A DNA stretch of 64,000 nt from a bacterium (lineage in GTDB: Bacteria; Planctomycetota; Planctomycetia; Kolteriales; Kolteriaceae): the NCBI GenBank assembly GCA_019753235.1, contig JAIELF010000006.1, positions 27,041 through 91,040 on the forward strand, written 5' to 3'. How positions within the stretch are numbered: position 1 is the stretch's first letter; every line of letters begins with the position of its first letter. Below, piece by piece: positions 1-10,106 of the stretch. The notes beneath the pieces are model-generated. The model had not been told where the DNA came from and did no database searches. It saw only the letters and a list, made by a program, of their open reading frames with translations. The position numbers and the translations under genes are program-made.

Positions 1-2771
1 AGCGTATCTTCGAGAAGACGATCGATGCCACGGATGCCAACCCCGTCGAGCTGAGGACCGATCTTCGCTCCTTTGTTGGCGATCTGGTGACAGATCCCGC
101 AATTCTTGTTGAAGATCGCCTCGCCTCGGCCCGCCTCACCTGGCTGATTTTTCCATGCGTCGTTTCTCGAGGTAAGGATGCTTCTGACGGCCTCATCGGG
201 CGTTGGGATACTCGCCTTCAATCCTTCGATTCGTTCGTCTTTGCGAGGAGCCTGGCGAAATTTGAGTTCATGCCCCACGACGCCGTCATGCAGAAGTTCC
301 GCCGGGGCTTTGCCACTCTCCATCAGTGTTAACAATGCGTCCGCGCCGGCATCGCTCCACGATAGCCCGCGAGCGGCATAGACCGCGAGATTGCCCGTGG
401 CGATCGTGAGAAGCTGACTGAGAATCGGCGTCGAAGCAGGGTCCTTTAACTTCCCTAGAAGCTCGGCCGCCGGTTGCCGAACGTCGATACTGTCCGATGC
501 ATCGGGGACAATCGATGACAAGATCGCCGTCGCCCGTGCCGGGTCGATCTGTGCCAAGGCATCGAGCGCGGCCGTTCGACAGTCGGCATGACGAGAGTCT
601 TTCGGAGTCAGGGCGGCAATGGCCTCTTTGGCCGATGCCAATCGCAGGTCGCGAGCCAGTTCGATCCCTTGCCGACAGTTGTTGCTACTTCTACTTCGCA
701 GCAACTTGTCAACCACCTTCGATCCCCAGGTGCCCAACGTCGCCGTCGGCGTTTCGCCTCGTTCTTGCGAGGCATGAAAGAGAGCCCGCAGGACTTGCGA
801 TTGCCGAGGCGAATCGTCACCGACAATGTTCGGAGCTTGTTCGATCAATCGAGCAACGCCATCGGCATCGGCATAGCGGGCGGCATGATGAAACAACTCG
901 GCTTCGCGACTCTTCTCAAACTTGCCGGCGCCAATGCATTTCACGAGGAAGCCGGCGGCGTCGGATTGAGGAATTCCCAGGCAAACATCGGTCAATCGAG
1001 CAACCACTTCCTCGGAATCCCCCAGACTCTGGGCGATCGACTCGGTCGCGTTCAGATCGCGGAGGTTGTTTCGAAGAGCAATTCGTATCGCATGAATGAG
1101 ATGAGTGTCCTTCGTCGGCGTCTTTTTCCAAACATCAAGTAAGGGTTCGACGTTCAAACGATCTGCATGCCGAGCCAGCGCGTCGACCCCGGCATGAACC
1201 ACATGGGCGTTCTTATCCTCGGCGATCCGTTGAAGGATGAGCTCGCGGATGTTGATGGCGGATGTCTCGGCCCAGTCCTTTCTTTCGGCCAGGGCTTTGA
1301 GCAAATGTGTTCGAACGATCGGTTTTTCATCATGGGCCAGTCGATCGATCTCGGCTGCCGACAGTCCTCGAAGCCTTTCGACGACCCAGAGGGCATGAGC
1401 CCGCTGCACGTGAGAACCGTCCGAAGAAAGAATCGGTTCGACCGCCGAAAGTGCAGGCGGACCCAAGCGATCAACCAACTCGTTCGTTGCCAGCGTTCGG
1501 ACGGTGATGCTCGCATCGGACAGTTTCTTCGTCAGTGCAGTCGCATCGAGCTTCGTTAAGTCTGCCATCGGTCGCGGAGGATTCACCTTCTCGCCTGGCA
1601 AGCCTCGGTAACTGATCCGCCAGACTCGGCCATGCTCGCGATCGCGTCTTGGATGGGGCAGGGGTACTTCGTAATGACCGATGATGCAGTTGTAGAAGTC
1701 GGCCACATAAAGCGAGCCGTCCGGCGCGAGCGCTAAATCGACCGGGCGGAACCATCGGTCATCGCACGTAAGAAAGTCCGGTTGTTCGACGGCAGTGGGC
1801 GAGGCACCTTTCCAGGTGAAAGAGTCGCGATTGATTCGCCCCGTGACGGGGTTGCCTATGAAAAGGTCTTGTCTGAATTCCTTCGGAAAGTGCTTGTCTT
1901 CGTAGACGACGATGCCGCCAATCCCTGTTGAGCCGTGAAGATGCTCCATCATTTCTGGCCCGAAGCCGAGCCCGTCGTGAGGCTTGCCAAAACTGGGATA
2001 GTATGCTCCCGCTAGGAGCATGTATGCCGGCTTGGTGTGACAGTCCGATGAGAAAAGATCGCCCCAGGCATTGAACGCCAAACCATAGGGATTCACCTGT
2101 CCCCAAGTCCGCTGCTCGATGCGCGAGCCATCAGCCCGGAAGCGATAGGTGTTCCCCGAGTTCATCATGACCTCGGGCGTTTGCGATCCCTTAACGTGCG
2201 AATCATTATTGAATCCATGACAGGCATAGATCCAGCCATCGATCCATGGCCTGAAAGAACTTGCCATGCCGTGCGTGTCGCGGAAGCCAAACTCGCCATA
2301 GAGGACCGTTCGTTCGTCGGCCAAGCCGTCGCCGTTGGTGTCGCGGAATCGATCGATCGTCGGGATCGAGTACGCGATCAGCCCGTCGTTGATTTTCGCC
2401 AGGCCGATCGGAATGTTGAGTCCCTCGGCAAAAGTATGAATCGCGTCCGGCACGCCGTCACCGGTCGTGTCTTCCATGTATCGGGTGCGGTCGCGCGGCT
2501 TTCCTTGAGCTGGGTAGGGATACTCGAGGGTAGAGTTGATCCAGAGCCGGCCCGCTGCATCGAAGGCGATGTTGGTCGGCTGGCCGATTTCTGGCTCCGA
2601 AACGATGAGCTGTATTTCAAAGCCGGGCGGAAGATGGAACTGTTTGATCTGTTCGCTTGGGGGAAGAGGCTCGGTCGGAGCAATGAGATTGGGATCGTCG
2701 GCTGCTCGTATGTTGCTCGAAAAGAGCACTGACAAGAGAACGAGATAGCTTCCAATCGAATAGCGAATCAT
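1..2771 (-). CDS. PVC-type heme-binding CxxCH protein: signal peptide, membrane-bound (sorbosone/glucose) dehydrogenase-like beta-propeller domain, HEAT-like repeats and cytochrome c domain. The 3' end runs off the window.
   Basis: Absent from the ORF track because it has no in-window stop. My own translation of the minus strand from ATG 2771-2769 stays open to position 1. It reads MIRYSIGSYLVLLSVLFSSNIRAADD ... FHLPPGFEIQLIVSEPEIGQPTNIAFDAAGRLWI ... GLAFNAWGDLFSSDCHTKPAY ... LYVADFYNCIIGHYEVPLPHPRRD ... long helical repeat region ... GEAIFNKNCGICHQIANKG, with CGICH encoded at 101-87. All minus-strand ORFs listed in 1-2770 are in the other two frames. The architecture matches the Pirellula/Verrucomicrobium-type dehydrogenase and heme-binding domain families (TIGR02604/TIGR02603, from memory). 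Confidence 0.8.
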   Translation of the reverse strand, partial: MIRYSIGSYLVLLSVLFSSNIRAADDPNLIAPTEPLPPSEQIKQFHLPPGFEIQLIVSEPEIGQPTNIAFDAAGRLWINSTLEYPYPAQGKPRDRTRYMEDTTGDGVPDAIHTFAEGLNIPIGLAKINDGLIAYSIPTIDRFRDTNGDGLADERTVLYGEFGFRDTHGMASSFRPWIDGWIYACHGFNNDSHVKGSQTPEVMMNSGNTYRFRADGSRIEQRTWGQVNPYGLAFNAWGDLFSSDCHTKPAYMLLAGAYYPSFGKPHDGLGFGPEMMEHLHGSTGIGGIVVYEDKHFPKEFRQDLFIGNPVTGRINRDSFTWKGASPTAVEQPDFLTCDDRWFRPVDLALAPDGSLYVADFYNCIIGHYEVPLPHPRRDREHGRVWRISYRGLPGEKVNPPRPMADLTKLDATALTKKLSDASITVRTLATNELVDRLGPPALSAVEPILSSDGSHVQRAHALWVVERLRGLSAAEIDRLAHDEKPIVRTHLLKALAERKDWAETSAINIRELILQRIAEDKNAHVVHAGVDALARHADRLNVEPLLDVWKKTPTKDTHLIHAIRIALRNNLRDLNATESIAQSLGDSEEVVARLTDVCLGIPQSDAAGFLVKCIGAGKFEKSREAELFHHAARYADADGVARLIEQAPNIVGDDSPRQSQVLRALFHASQERGETPTATLGTWGSKVVDKLLRSRSSNNCRQGIELARDLRLASAKEAIAALTPKDSRHADCRTAALDALAQIDPARATAILSSIVPDASDSIDVRQPAAELLGKLKDPASTPILSQLLTIATGNLAVYAARGLSWSDAGADALLTLMESGKAPAELLHDGVVGHELKFRQAPRKDERIEGLKASIPTPDEAVRSILTSRNDAWKNQPGEAGRGEAIFNKNCGICHQIANKGAKIGPQLDGVGIRGIDRLLEDT

Positions 2772-2828
2772 GTTGGCATCTTTCCATTCGATAGGCCGAT
2801 GAGGAGTCGATCTTTCCCTTCGAGGAGA

Positions 2829-3014
2829 TTACGAGATCGGGACGATCTCTTCCCGCGATGGGCTTTCGTCCTGTTCCTTGGAGAATCCGTAAGGACAGTG
2901 TCGGCATCCCGATTGGCAGCAGTGGCCTCGACGAAGAAGATACTCGGCCGTGAAGACGAACATCCCATCTTCGACGACGTAGTCCCGGCCTTCTTCGAGT
3001 TTGCTTGGCGGCAT
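2829..3014 (-). CDS. DUF5522-like small cysteine-rich protein
   Basis: 61-aa ORF. DGMFVFTAEYLLRRGHCCQSGCRHCPYGF matches my memory of the DUF5522 signature (F.FT..Y.L.RGYCC..GC.HCPY). It lies about 57 nt upstream of the dehydrogenase gene on the same strand. Confidence 0.6.
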   Translation of the reverse strand: MPPSKLEEGRDYVVEDGMFVFTAEYLLRRGHCCQSGCRHCPYGFSKEQDESPSREEIVPIS

Positions 3015-3298
3015 CGGCTGGGTCTTCTCCTGGAGAACCGGTTTCCTCTCCGTGATTGATGGTAGTCAAACGAGCGGGCCCTCGTCACGCCTGGATCAGC
3101 CACTTCCTGAAATGAACGAGAGTTCGTTCCTGTTTTCACGATAGGAGCGTCAGGGCCGATTCAACTTGAAAAGAACCCGCGGGCGTCGCCAAGGTCCGGA
3201 TAGCCCGAATTTTCCGCTTTTTATGACCCTAGGGCTTTCCCCAGGGTCGTCTTTTGGCGGCCTGTCGCCAGAAGAGATGATCGCGCCGTGGTCGAAAA

Positions 3299-3598
3299 TC
3301 AAAGCAGATTGATCTCCTTTATCGCCGGCAAATACAAATCTTTGGTGAGGAGGAATGGACGATGTGGCGCCCGCCCTGTCCGTACGAAACCAACTGCCGA
3401 TTTCGGGTAGGTAAAACCTGTTGCATGAGCTTGGTACAAGATCCCATCCGCGACTGCGGCGGCAAAGGGGGGGAGGAAGTGCTTCGGGCCCAGTCCGTCC
3501 CCCTTTGGGAGAATCGGCACGTCGTTCTCCCCGTACCGCCGAGACGCCAAGCGGGTGGCTAGGGGGACCTTGAATCTCTTCTTGTCGACGCCGATCAA
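3299..3598 (-). CDS. hypothetical 99-aa protein (weak call)
   Basis: TTG-start ORF whose first codon overlaps the purH stop codon (3597-3595). No family recognised. It is the only candidate in the gap between purH and the DUF5522-like gene. Confidence 0.3.
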   Translation of the reverse strand: MIGVDKKRFKVPLATRLASRRYGENDVPILPKGDGLGPKHFLPPFAAAVADGILYQAHATGFTYPKSAVGFVRTGRAPHRPFLLTKDLYLPAIKEINLL

Positions 3599-5202
3599 TG
3601 CTTGAAGTGACGTTGACCAGTAAAGAGCATGGCAATCCCGAACTCGTCGCAGGCGGTGATCGAATCTTGATCTCGCTTGGATCCGCCCGGCTGGACGATT
3701 GCTTTGATACCCGCGGCGGCTGACAAATCGACGTTGTCCCGGAACGGAAAGAATGCATCCGAAGCAAGCACCGCCCCCTCGGCATGCTTGCCCGCTTTCT
3801 CGATGGCAATGTTGACCGAATCGACTCGACTCATCTGGCCAGCTCCGACCCCAAGAATCGCTTCGTTCTTCGCCAGCACAATCGCATTGCTGCGAACATG
3901 CTTGACAATGATCCAGCCGAAATAGAGATCCGCAAGCTGCGCTTCCGTCGGAGAGGTATGGGTGACAAGGGATCGATTCTGCCAGCCCGATTCACCCACG
4001 TCGGGAGTTTGAACCAGCAGTCCCCCTTCGAGGGAACGGAAGATCGGCGTCCGACCACGGAGGTCGGCATGAGCCCGAAGATCCCCCACTTCCAGAAGCC
4101 GAACACTCGTTTTCCAAGTGGGGCGTGTTGTCAAAAGCTCGAGCGCCGCCTCGTCGAATGCCGGCGCGACGATCGCTTCGACGAATCGGTTGGGCTCGGT
4201 GAGGAGCATCGCGGTCGATTCATCGACAGTCTTGTTAAATGCGATCACCGAACCAAAGGCGCTGACCGGATCGCCGGCATACGCCTTTTCAAACGCATCG
4301 ACGAGCCGATCGGCAAGGCTGGCGCCACAAGGATTGTTGTGCTTGATGATGGCCGCGGCCGGCCGATCGAACTCCCGCACGATGGCCAATGCCGAGTCTA
4401 GATCGAGCAGGTTGTTGTAAGAGAGTTCTTTGCCATGCCTTTTGGTCGCCCGGGCAAGCGATGCGGGCTGATATGCCTCGTCGATGTAGAACGCCCCTTG
4501 TTGATGAGGGTTCTCGCCGTAGCGAAGAACCGCATCTCGTTTGAAATAGAGACGAAGGTCGCTTGGGAAGAGAGTTGCATCCTCGCTTGGTTTCGATCGG
4601 GAAAAGAAAGAATGTATCGCCGCATCGTATCGGCTGGTCCGTTCAAATGCAGCCCAAGCGAAATCACGCAAAAGCGGGGTGGGAAGCGAGCCATCATGTT
4701 GATCGAGATGCTCGATCACAGTGGCGTACTGCGAGGGGTCGGTGATGACCGCGACATGCTCGTGGTTTTTGGCGGCAGAGCGAATCATGCTCGGGCCGCC
4801 GATGTCGATGTTTTCGATCGCCTCCTCTCGAGAAACATCGGCTTTCGCGACAGTGGCTTCAAAGGGATAAAGATTGACGACCACCATGTCGATCGGCTCG
4901 ATCCCATGTTCCTCGCATGCGGTTCGGTGCTCGGGCAAATCGCGCCGGTAGAGGATTCCGCCGTGCACTTTGGGATGGAGCGTTTTCACGCGTCCATCGA
5001 GCATCTCGGGAAAGCCGGTATGCTCGGAGACCTCTTTCACCGAGAGGCCCGCCTCGCGGAGGGTGCGATAGGTTCCGCCCGTCGACAGGAGTTCAATACC
5101 GTGCCGACAAAGAGTCTGCGCCAGTGCTATCAAGCCAGACTTATCACTGACGCTCAAAAGCGCCCGTCGAATTTTGATGGATTTCATGTCCCGGTTTCCC
5201 AT
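3595..5202 (-). CDS. purH: bifunctional AICAR transformylase / IMP cyclohydrolase
   Basis: 535-aa ORF with ALLSVSDKSGL, STGGTYRTL, RVKTLHPKVHGGIL and a C-terminal AICARFT region (SDAFFPFRD, QPGGSKRD). Alternative ATG at 5187 (MKSIKIRRALLS). Confidence 0.95.
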   Translation of the reverse strand: MGNRDMKSIKIRRALLSVSDKSGLIALAQTLCRHGIELLSTGGTYRTLREAGLSVKEVSEHTGFPEMLDGRVKTLHPKVHGGILYRRDLPEHRTACEEHGIEPIDMVVVNLYPFEATVAKADVSREEAIENIDIGGPSMIRSAAKNHEHVAVITDPSQYATVIEHLDQHDGSLPTPLLRDFAWAAFERTSRYDAAIHSFFSRSKPSEDATLFPSDLRLYFKRDAVLRYGENPHQQGAFYIDEAYQPASLARATKRHGKELSYNNLLDLDSALAIVREFDRPAAAIIKHNNPCGASLADRLVDAFEKAYAGDPVSAFGSVIAFNKTVDESTAMLLTEPNRFVEAIVAPAFDEAALELLTTRPTWKTSVRLLEVGDLRAHADLRGRTPIFRSLEGGLLVQTPDVGESGWQNRSLVTHTSPTEAQLADLYFGWIIVKHVRSNAIVLAKNEAILGVGAGQMSRVDSVNIAIEKAGKHAEGAVLASDAFFPFRDNVDLSAAAGIKAIVQPGGSKRDQDSITACDEFGIAMLFTGQRHFKH

Positions 5203-5374
5203 GTCTCGCCTGCAAGGGGACCTCGCGGTGTCCAGGCGGCTTAATATGGGTTCGTCAGGAGGGAAGAAAGGGGACAGGGTCCAGCGATTCTCATCGGACG
5301 AACACCTCCGCGCGATCCGCAGAGGATGCCCGCGAATATTCTCGGCCTTGACCGGCCCGAGGGAATTCAGAATG

Positions 5375-5803
5375 CTATCCGCGATAGACGACTTCGACCA
5401 ACCCCTCGGGAAAGAAGTTGATGACGACCTTCTGCTTGAACAAGCCGTAGTCGTAGGTGATCCGCGATCGCTGAATCACGATGCGGGGCTTTCCGACCGG
5501 CAAGGTCAGCGGAACAGAGATGGCCTTATTGGTGTAGGGGTGCAAAAAGGTCACGACTTGGTTTGGGACGCCGGAGCCGAAATTGGCGTCGGCGGTTCCG
5601 CCCGGAACGCAAGTGGGGCACGAGGCCGACAGATTGTTCGGGTCGGCTTGTGCAGGCAAACCTGCGTAGCCAGCCGATTGCCCGGTGGCCGACGCCATGG
5701 CAACCGCGTCAGAACCCTGGAACCAAATGCGGTACGGATTGCCGGCGAGCAGCGTTGAACTGCATGTCAATAAAGCCAGCCCGGCCCAATGATGGTGTCG
5801 CAT
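5375..5803 (-). CDS. hypothetical secreted protein
   Basis: 142-aa ORF with an N-terminal hydrophobic signal-like segment (WAGLALLTCSSTLLAG). No family recognised. It lies downstream of the Pro-rich lipoprotein gene on the same strand. Confidence 0.5.
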   Translation of the reverse strand: MRHHHWAGLALLTCSSTLLAGNPYRIWFQGSDAVAMASATGQSAGYAGLPAQADPNNLSASCPTCVPGGTADANFGSGVPNQVVTFLHPYTNKAISVPLTLPVGKPRIVIQRSRITYDYGLFKQKVVINFFPEGLVEVVYRG

Positions 5804-5942
5804 GGTGTATTCCCTTCAGTCTCACTTCGTATCCGCGGCGGCCAAAATGCTCGGCCGAAGACGCGTTTTCGATCTCATCTGTCCCGCTTCCGCTCCGATC
5901 AACAAGTGACGTAGCGGAAGGTCCTCTCATCCCGAGGGCCAA

Positions 5943-6416
5943 TTACGGTTCGGGGGGCAACTCGAGCCTTTGCGGGTCTGGTGATGGCAGACCGTTTGGC
6001 CCCGGTGCGATTGTTCGAAATCGGTCATCAGGGCGCGGCGGAAGATTACCCGCTCCTGGGGCTTGGCTTGGCACCAACTGCATCTGCCCTTGAACTTGCC
6101 CTTGGACCGGCTGGCCCTGGACGATGGTCGGAGCAGGAGATCCCGGAACGGCAACCACGGCTGGCTGGGTCGGGACAGCCACCGCCGTTGCTGGCACGGC
6201 CAGTGCCGCGACCACGGGCCGCGGGCTCGCCACCGGCGCGGTCGGCACCAGCACGGGTGTTCGATTGTTGATGGGCGGGGCCTGCATGCCGGCCGGCGCC
6301 CGCGTCGATCCGAGGATCTTCGGTGAGCGCGGCGGCGGCGCCTTGCAGCCGGCCACAATGGTCAGGGCGACCAAGGCCAAGCTCCACGCTCGCCATCGAA
6401 TGGGATGTTGTCTCAT
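5943..6416 (-). CDS. proline/glutamine-rich putative lipoprotein
   Basis: 157-aa ORF with a lipobox-like LTIVAGC after a basic N-terminus. It is low-complexity P/A/V/Q-rich (VQGQPVQGQVQGQMQ). Several overlapping ORFs occur here in all frames, and this is the only one with a signal/lipobox. Confidence 0.45.
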   Translation of the reverse strand: MRQHPIRWRAWSLALVALTIVAGCKAPPPRSPKILGSTRAPAGMQAPPINNRTPVLVPTAPVASPRPVVAALAVPATAVAVPTQPAVVAVPGSPAPTIVQGQPVQGQVQGQMQLVPSQAPGAGNLPPRPDDRFRTIAPGPNGLPSPDPQRLELPPEP

Positions 6417-6716
6417 CGCCTGTCACCTCGGTTCAACGTCACTGTCCGCACGTTCGTTTCGACCATTGCCTAAGGAACGATCGGCCTTGTCCTCACAAGC
6501 ATAGGAACCGTGTCAATAGGTGGTCAACGGCACGATCCCCCAGACTGCCTCGTTCATCAAAATCGGCACCGTCACAATCGGTACAACCATTAAACTCGAC
6601 ATTCAAACTGCCGACGCTATCTCTACTTGGGATTGATTTTTGCCCATTCTTCCTCGCCGAAATCAGCGGGATCGAGAGCGCGCAAGACAGTTTGCGACCT
6701 CATCCGCCGAGTCAGG

Positions 6717-7604
6717 ATGAAAAGGAGCCGAGGCGTGACAGCGAGATGGATCGATGGAAAAGCGATTGCCGACGAGATTCGTTTAGAGATTGCTCACCGC
6801 GTGAAGGAGTTCGTTTCGCAGACAAAGTACAAACCCCATTTGGCCGCCGTGCTGGTCGGAGAGAACCCCGCGAGCGAGGTCTACATTAAGAACAAAAGGC
6901 TCGCCTGCGAAAAGGTTGGCATGGAGAGCACGCTCCATCTGTTGCCTGCCGATATCAGAATGCCGGCTCTTCTCGATGTAATTGCGTCGCTCAATCGCGA
7001 CCCCACGGTTCACGGCATCTTGGTTCAGTTCCCTTTGCCGGGCGAGTTGGATGAAGGGACAGTGGTCCATGCGATCGATCCTGCCAAAGATGTCGATGCT
7101 TTTCACCCGCTGACGGTGGGCCTGCTCGTCGAGGGAAAGCCGCGATTTCTCCCCTGCACGCCCGAGGGGGTCCATCAGCTTCTACTTCGTTCGGGAATAG
7201 AGATCCCGCACAAACATGTGGTCGTCGTGGGACGAAGCAGTCTCGTCGGTCGACCTCTTTCGATCATGTTGAGTCAGAAAGGACCGCATGCCGACGCGAC
7301 AGTCACGCTTTGTCATAGCCGAACAAAAGATCTTGCTTATCACTGTAAGCAGGCGGATATCTTAGTCGCTGCACTGGGTAGGCCCGAAGCGATCACGGCC
7401 AACATGGTTCGACCCGGCGCAGTGGTGATCGATGTCGGTATCCATCGCACGAGCGCTGGGAAACTGATCGGCGATGTTGCTTTCGATGAAGTCGCCCGAG
7501 TGGCCTCGGCCATCACGCCCGTGCCAGGAGGCGTCGGCCCGATGACGGTCACCATGTTGCTTGAGAACACCCTGCGGGCGGCCATCTTTCAGCGGCAAGC
7601 ATGA
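6717..7604 (+). CDS. folD: bifunctional methylenetetrahydrofolate dehydrogenase / methenyl-THF cyclohydrolase
   Basis: Motifs: IDGKAIA, LAAVLVGENPASEVYIKNK, HGILVQFPLP, VVVVGRSSLVGRPL, PVPGGVGPMTV. The track ORF opens at 6627. I prefer ATG 6717 (MKRSRGVTARWIDGK) because the upstream 30 codons have no FolD counterpart. Confidence 0.93.
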   Translation: MKRSRGVTARWIDGKAIADEIRLEIAHRVKEFVSQTKYKPHLAAVLVGENPASEVYIKNKRLACEKVGMESTLHLLPADIRMPALLDVIASLNRDPTVHGILVQFPLPGELDEGTVVHAIDPAKDVDAFHPLTVGLLVEGKPRFLPCTPEGVHQLLLRSGIEIPHKHVVVVGRSSLVGRPLSIMLSQKGPHADATVTLCHSRTKDLAYHCKQADILVAALGRPEAITANMVRPGAVVIDVGIHRTSAGKLIGDVAFDEVARVASAITPVPGGVGPMTVTMLLENTLRAAIFQRQA

Positions 7605-7633
7605 CGATGCCCCGGTTTCGATGGGTTTGAACG

Positions 7634-7996
7634 CTACTTCTTCAGTGGACGATTTCGGCGGAGCTCGTCGGCAACCTCAGCCATCTTTTTTTCCAGCCGC
7701 TGAAGCCAGAACACGACCGGGCTGGTGACCAGAAGCAAATAGCCCAGCACCCCCCACAGGCCGATCAGCTCGGCCAAGGCTGTGAGAAGACCGCCCACCA
7801 CCAGCATGGTCGTCGGGACACCCAATTCGATGATCTGCGACCAACGACTCTTTTCCGTCTGCTTGGCTTGCTCGATCACCTTTGCTTCGTTCTCGGTGAT
7901 GGGGGCGGGGCCGGTGTTAACCCCGCTCGCTTCGTCGGCCGATCGGCGCGGCAAAAGCTGCTTCACCGTGCTAAAGATCTCTTGCAAGCTGGGCAT
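7634..7996 (-). CDS. hypothetical membrane protein
   Basis: 120-aa ORF with two adjacent hydrophobic helices (VPTTMLVVGGLLTALAELIGLWGVLGYLLLVTSPVVFWL). Convergent with folD. Confidence 0.55.
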   Translation of the reverse strand: MPSLQEIFSTVKQLLPRRSADEASGVNTGPAPITENEAKVIEQAKQTEKSRWSQIIELGVPTTMLVVGGLLTALAELIGLWGVLGYLLLVTSPVVFWLQRLEKKMAEVADELRRNRPLKK

Positions 7997-8112
7997 GGTT
8001 GTTCCCTGGTCGATGGATCGAGGGGCGTACGTTGGACTTCCTGCTCCTCATTGAGATACGTGTTGAGAGGTCGGACGAGGAGGCTTCTTTACAAGTCGGA
8101 TCGCAAAACCTT

Positions 8113-10098
8113 TCATCGACGGTCCACCATCGGGAGCCGATACATCGCGAGATGCCGACCGGCGAGGATCCAGAGGGCCCTTTCGCGGACAGCAAATTGG
8201 TGAATCACATCGATAGGACGCTGTCGCCAGACCAGCTTCCCCGCAAAGTCGGTCACGGTCATTGTCGGACCCGAAAGAAAGGCCCGCGCCACGATCGATC
8301 CGCCGCTCGACGGCAGGGAGAAGTAACTTGCCCCCTCTCGAGGTTCGGTGTTCTCCAGAACGCTTCCATCGGAGGGTTGGACGAGCAAGCTTTGACCGTT
8401 GGCTCGCGTGACGACGATTTGTGATCCTAAACGATAAATGCCCCACGGATCCCACGGCAACGTCGCGGTCGCTTTCACCCGGCCATCTGAATCGTGATAA
8501 CGAAGTTCTTGTTCGTCGATCGACGCAGTGACCCAGCCGCCAGAAATCGATGCAACCAAAAGCGGAGCGGACCGAGGAGCCTGAAATCGACCTCGCTTTT
8601 TTCCAACGGAATCGAGAATGATCATCTGCTGATCTTCCAGGATGACGGCAACGTTACTCTCGTGATCGACCGCCACGCTCGACGCTCGACCAGGAAGCCG
8701 CTCTTTCCACAGAAAAGAATCGGGCGTTCGAATTCGATGGATCGTATCGCATGACTCAATGATGATCGCCTCGCCGGGCGTTTGAAGAGGCAACAGATGG
8801 CTGATGTCGAAGAAATCTCCCGCGAAGAGTGCCGAGATACGGGTCCTCGCATCGTAAAACAGGAGGCGTCGATCGGTGGAAGCAAACAGACCTCCCGGCC
8901 CCGCCACCAGGAGCCGACCGGTCCCTTCCAATCGAGCCGACTCATGCAAGTCACGGCCGTCGGCATCCACGATCCGGATCGTTCGGCGGTTGGTCGAGAT
9001 GGCCAACTGCTGCGATTCGAAGAGAGGTTCTAGGATGGTCGATCGCGCTTCCTCTTCGTCGGCCGATATTAAGTTCGACCATGCCTCATGCGGATCGCGG
9101 GCCGTGCTCGAAGATACAGTAGAACGATCTTTGTTGTCGGTGGTTGCTGGCTCGGCACTGATGATGTTGGCCCAATCGAAAAAACGGATCTCGCCTGAAG
9201 CGAATCCCAGAATGGCGAATCGTCCGAGCGGATCGATGCAAATGCAGGATGCTTTCTCCGCCAAAGGCTTTTCCGCTAAAAGATGGCCGGCATGGTCGAC
9301 GGCAAAGAGAAAACCATCGACCGATCCCCCCACCATTCGCGACCCATCGAAATCAATCGCCACCAGATGCGGAGGACGAGGGAGTTGGTAGGCCCCCTCG
9401 CGCTTGCCGTTGGCATTGAACCGCACAATGCCATAGGCATGAGCCGCCAGCGCGATCGTGGTCCCCGCATGGTCGACACCCATGCCGCCGATGGTCGAAT
9501 ACATCGTCTCCTTCCAAAGAAGGTTCCCTCGCAAATCGTGGCTGGCGACGACTCCTTGCTCGGCCGCCGCGATGACTTGCCCCGATGCTGGAACGAAGGC
9601 GAGATGCCGATAGTTTTGCGGAGTCGACGTCTTATAGACCGTCTTTCCCTGTCGATCAAGCATGATCAATCGGGCATCTTTGGAAGCCAGCACGGCATAG
9701 TCGCCGAAAGGGTCGCTCGCCAATGCGATTGGTTCAAAAGGAAGCGAAATACGCGATCGTTCAGGGCCCTCTCGGGTTAGAACCGATAATGACGGGCCAG
9801 ACGTGACGACGAAGGTATGCTCGCCGGTATCGCTGCTGGCGATGAGGCGAATATCCTCGTCGCGACGAATCTCGCTTTGAAGTTGGCCGTGAACATTCAA
9901 GCGATACAGATGCCTGGCATCATCCCACGCGACAATGGAAAGAGATTCTCGTTCAAGAATCATACCGCGAAGCGGCCCATGCGAGAACCAGTTCCAACTG
10001 GATGGGATGCCGATCGAAGCTCTTGGGACGGGGGTCGGCCGACTTCGGGAAGACGATCCCATCGAAGAGAAACTCTCCCTTGGTCCATACCGATCCAT
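8113..10098 (-). CDS. beta-propeller repeat protein (PQQ/WD40-like repeats), function unknown
   Basis: 661-aa ORF with many roughly 40-aa units of alternating short strands (e.g. VLASKDARLIMLDRQGKTVYK, VAAAEQGVVASHDLRGNLLWK, VAVILEDQQMIILDSVGKK). No signal peptide seen. It starts 8 nt after the stop of the TraB-like gene. Confidence 0.7.
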   Translation of the reverse strand: MDRYGPRESFSSMGSSSRSRPTPVPRASIGIPSSWNWFSHGPLRGMILERESLSIVAWDDARHLYRLNVHGQLQSEIRRDEDIRLIASSDTGEHTFVVTSGPSLSVLTREGPERSRISLPFEPIALASDPFGDYAVLASKDARLIMLDRQGKTVYKTSTPQNYRHLAFVPASGQVIAAAEQGVVASHDLRGNLLWKETMYSTIGGMGVDHAGTTIALAAHAYGIVRFNANGKREGAYQLPRPPHLVAIDFDGSRMVGGSVDGFLFAVDHAGHLLAEKPLAEKASCICIDPLGRFAILGFASGEIRFFDWANIISAEPATTDNKDRSTVSSSTARDPHEAWSNLISADEEEARSTILEPLFESQQLAISTNRRTIRIVDADGRDLHESARLEGTGRLLVAGPGGLFASTDRRLLFYDARTRISALFAGDFFDISHLLPLQTPGEAIIIESCDTIHRIRTPDSFLWKERLPGRASSVAVDHESNVAVILEDQQMIILDSVGKKRGRFQAPRSAPLLVASISGGWVTASIDEQELRYHDSDGRVKATATLPWDPWGIYRLGSQIVVTRANGQSLLVQPSDGSVLENTEPREGASYFSLPSSGGSIVARAFLSGPTMTVTDFAGKLVWRQRPIDVIHQFAVRERALWILAGRHLAMYRLPMVDRR

Positions 10099-10106
10099 CG
10101 AATCAA

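Noticed and set aside
3677-5244. Plus-strand ORFs of 82-269 aa antisense to purH, and the minus-strand ORF 3150-3809
   Set aside because: They overlap a confidently identified gene, and no family signal was seen.
5927-6504. Stack of six or more overlapping ORFs in several frames in the Pro-rich region
   Set aside because: Low-complexity GC-rich sequence keeps several frames open. Only 5943-6416 has a start context with a signal/lipobox, and even that call is moderate.
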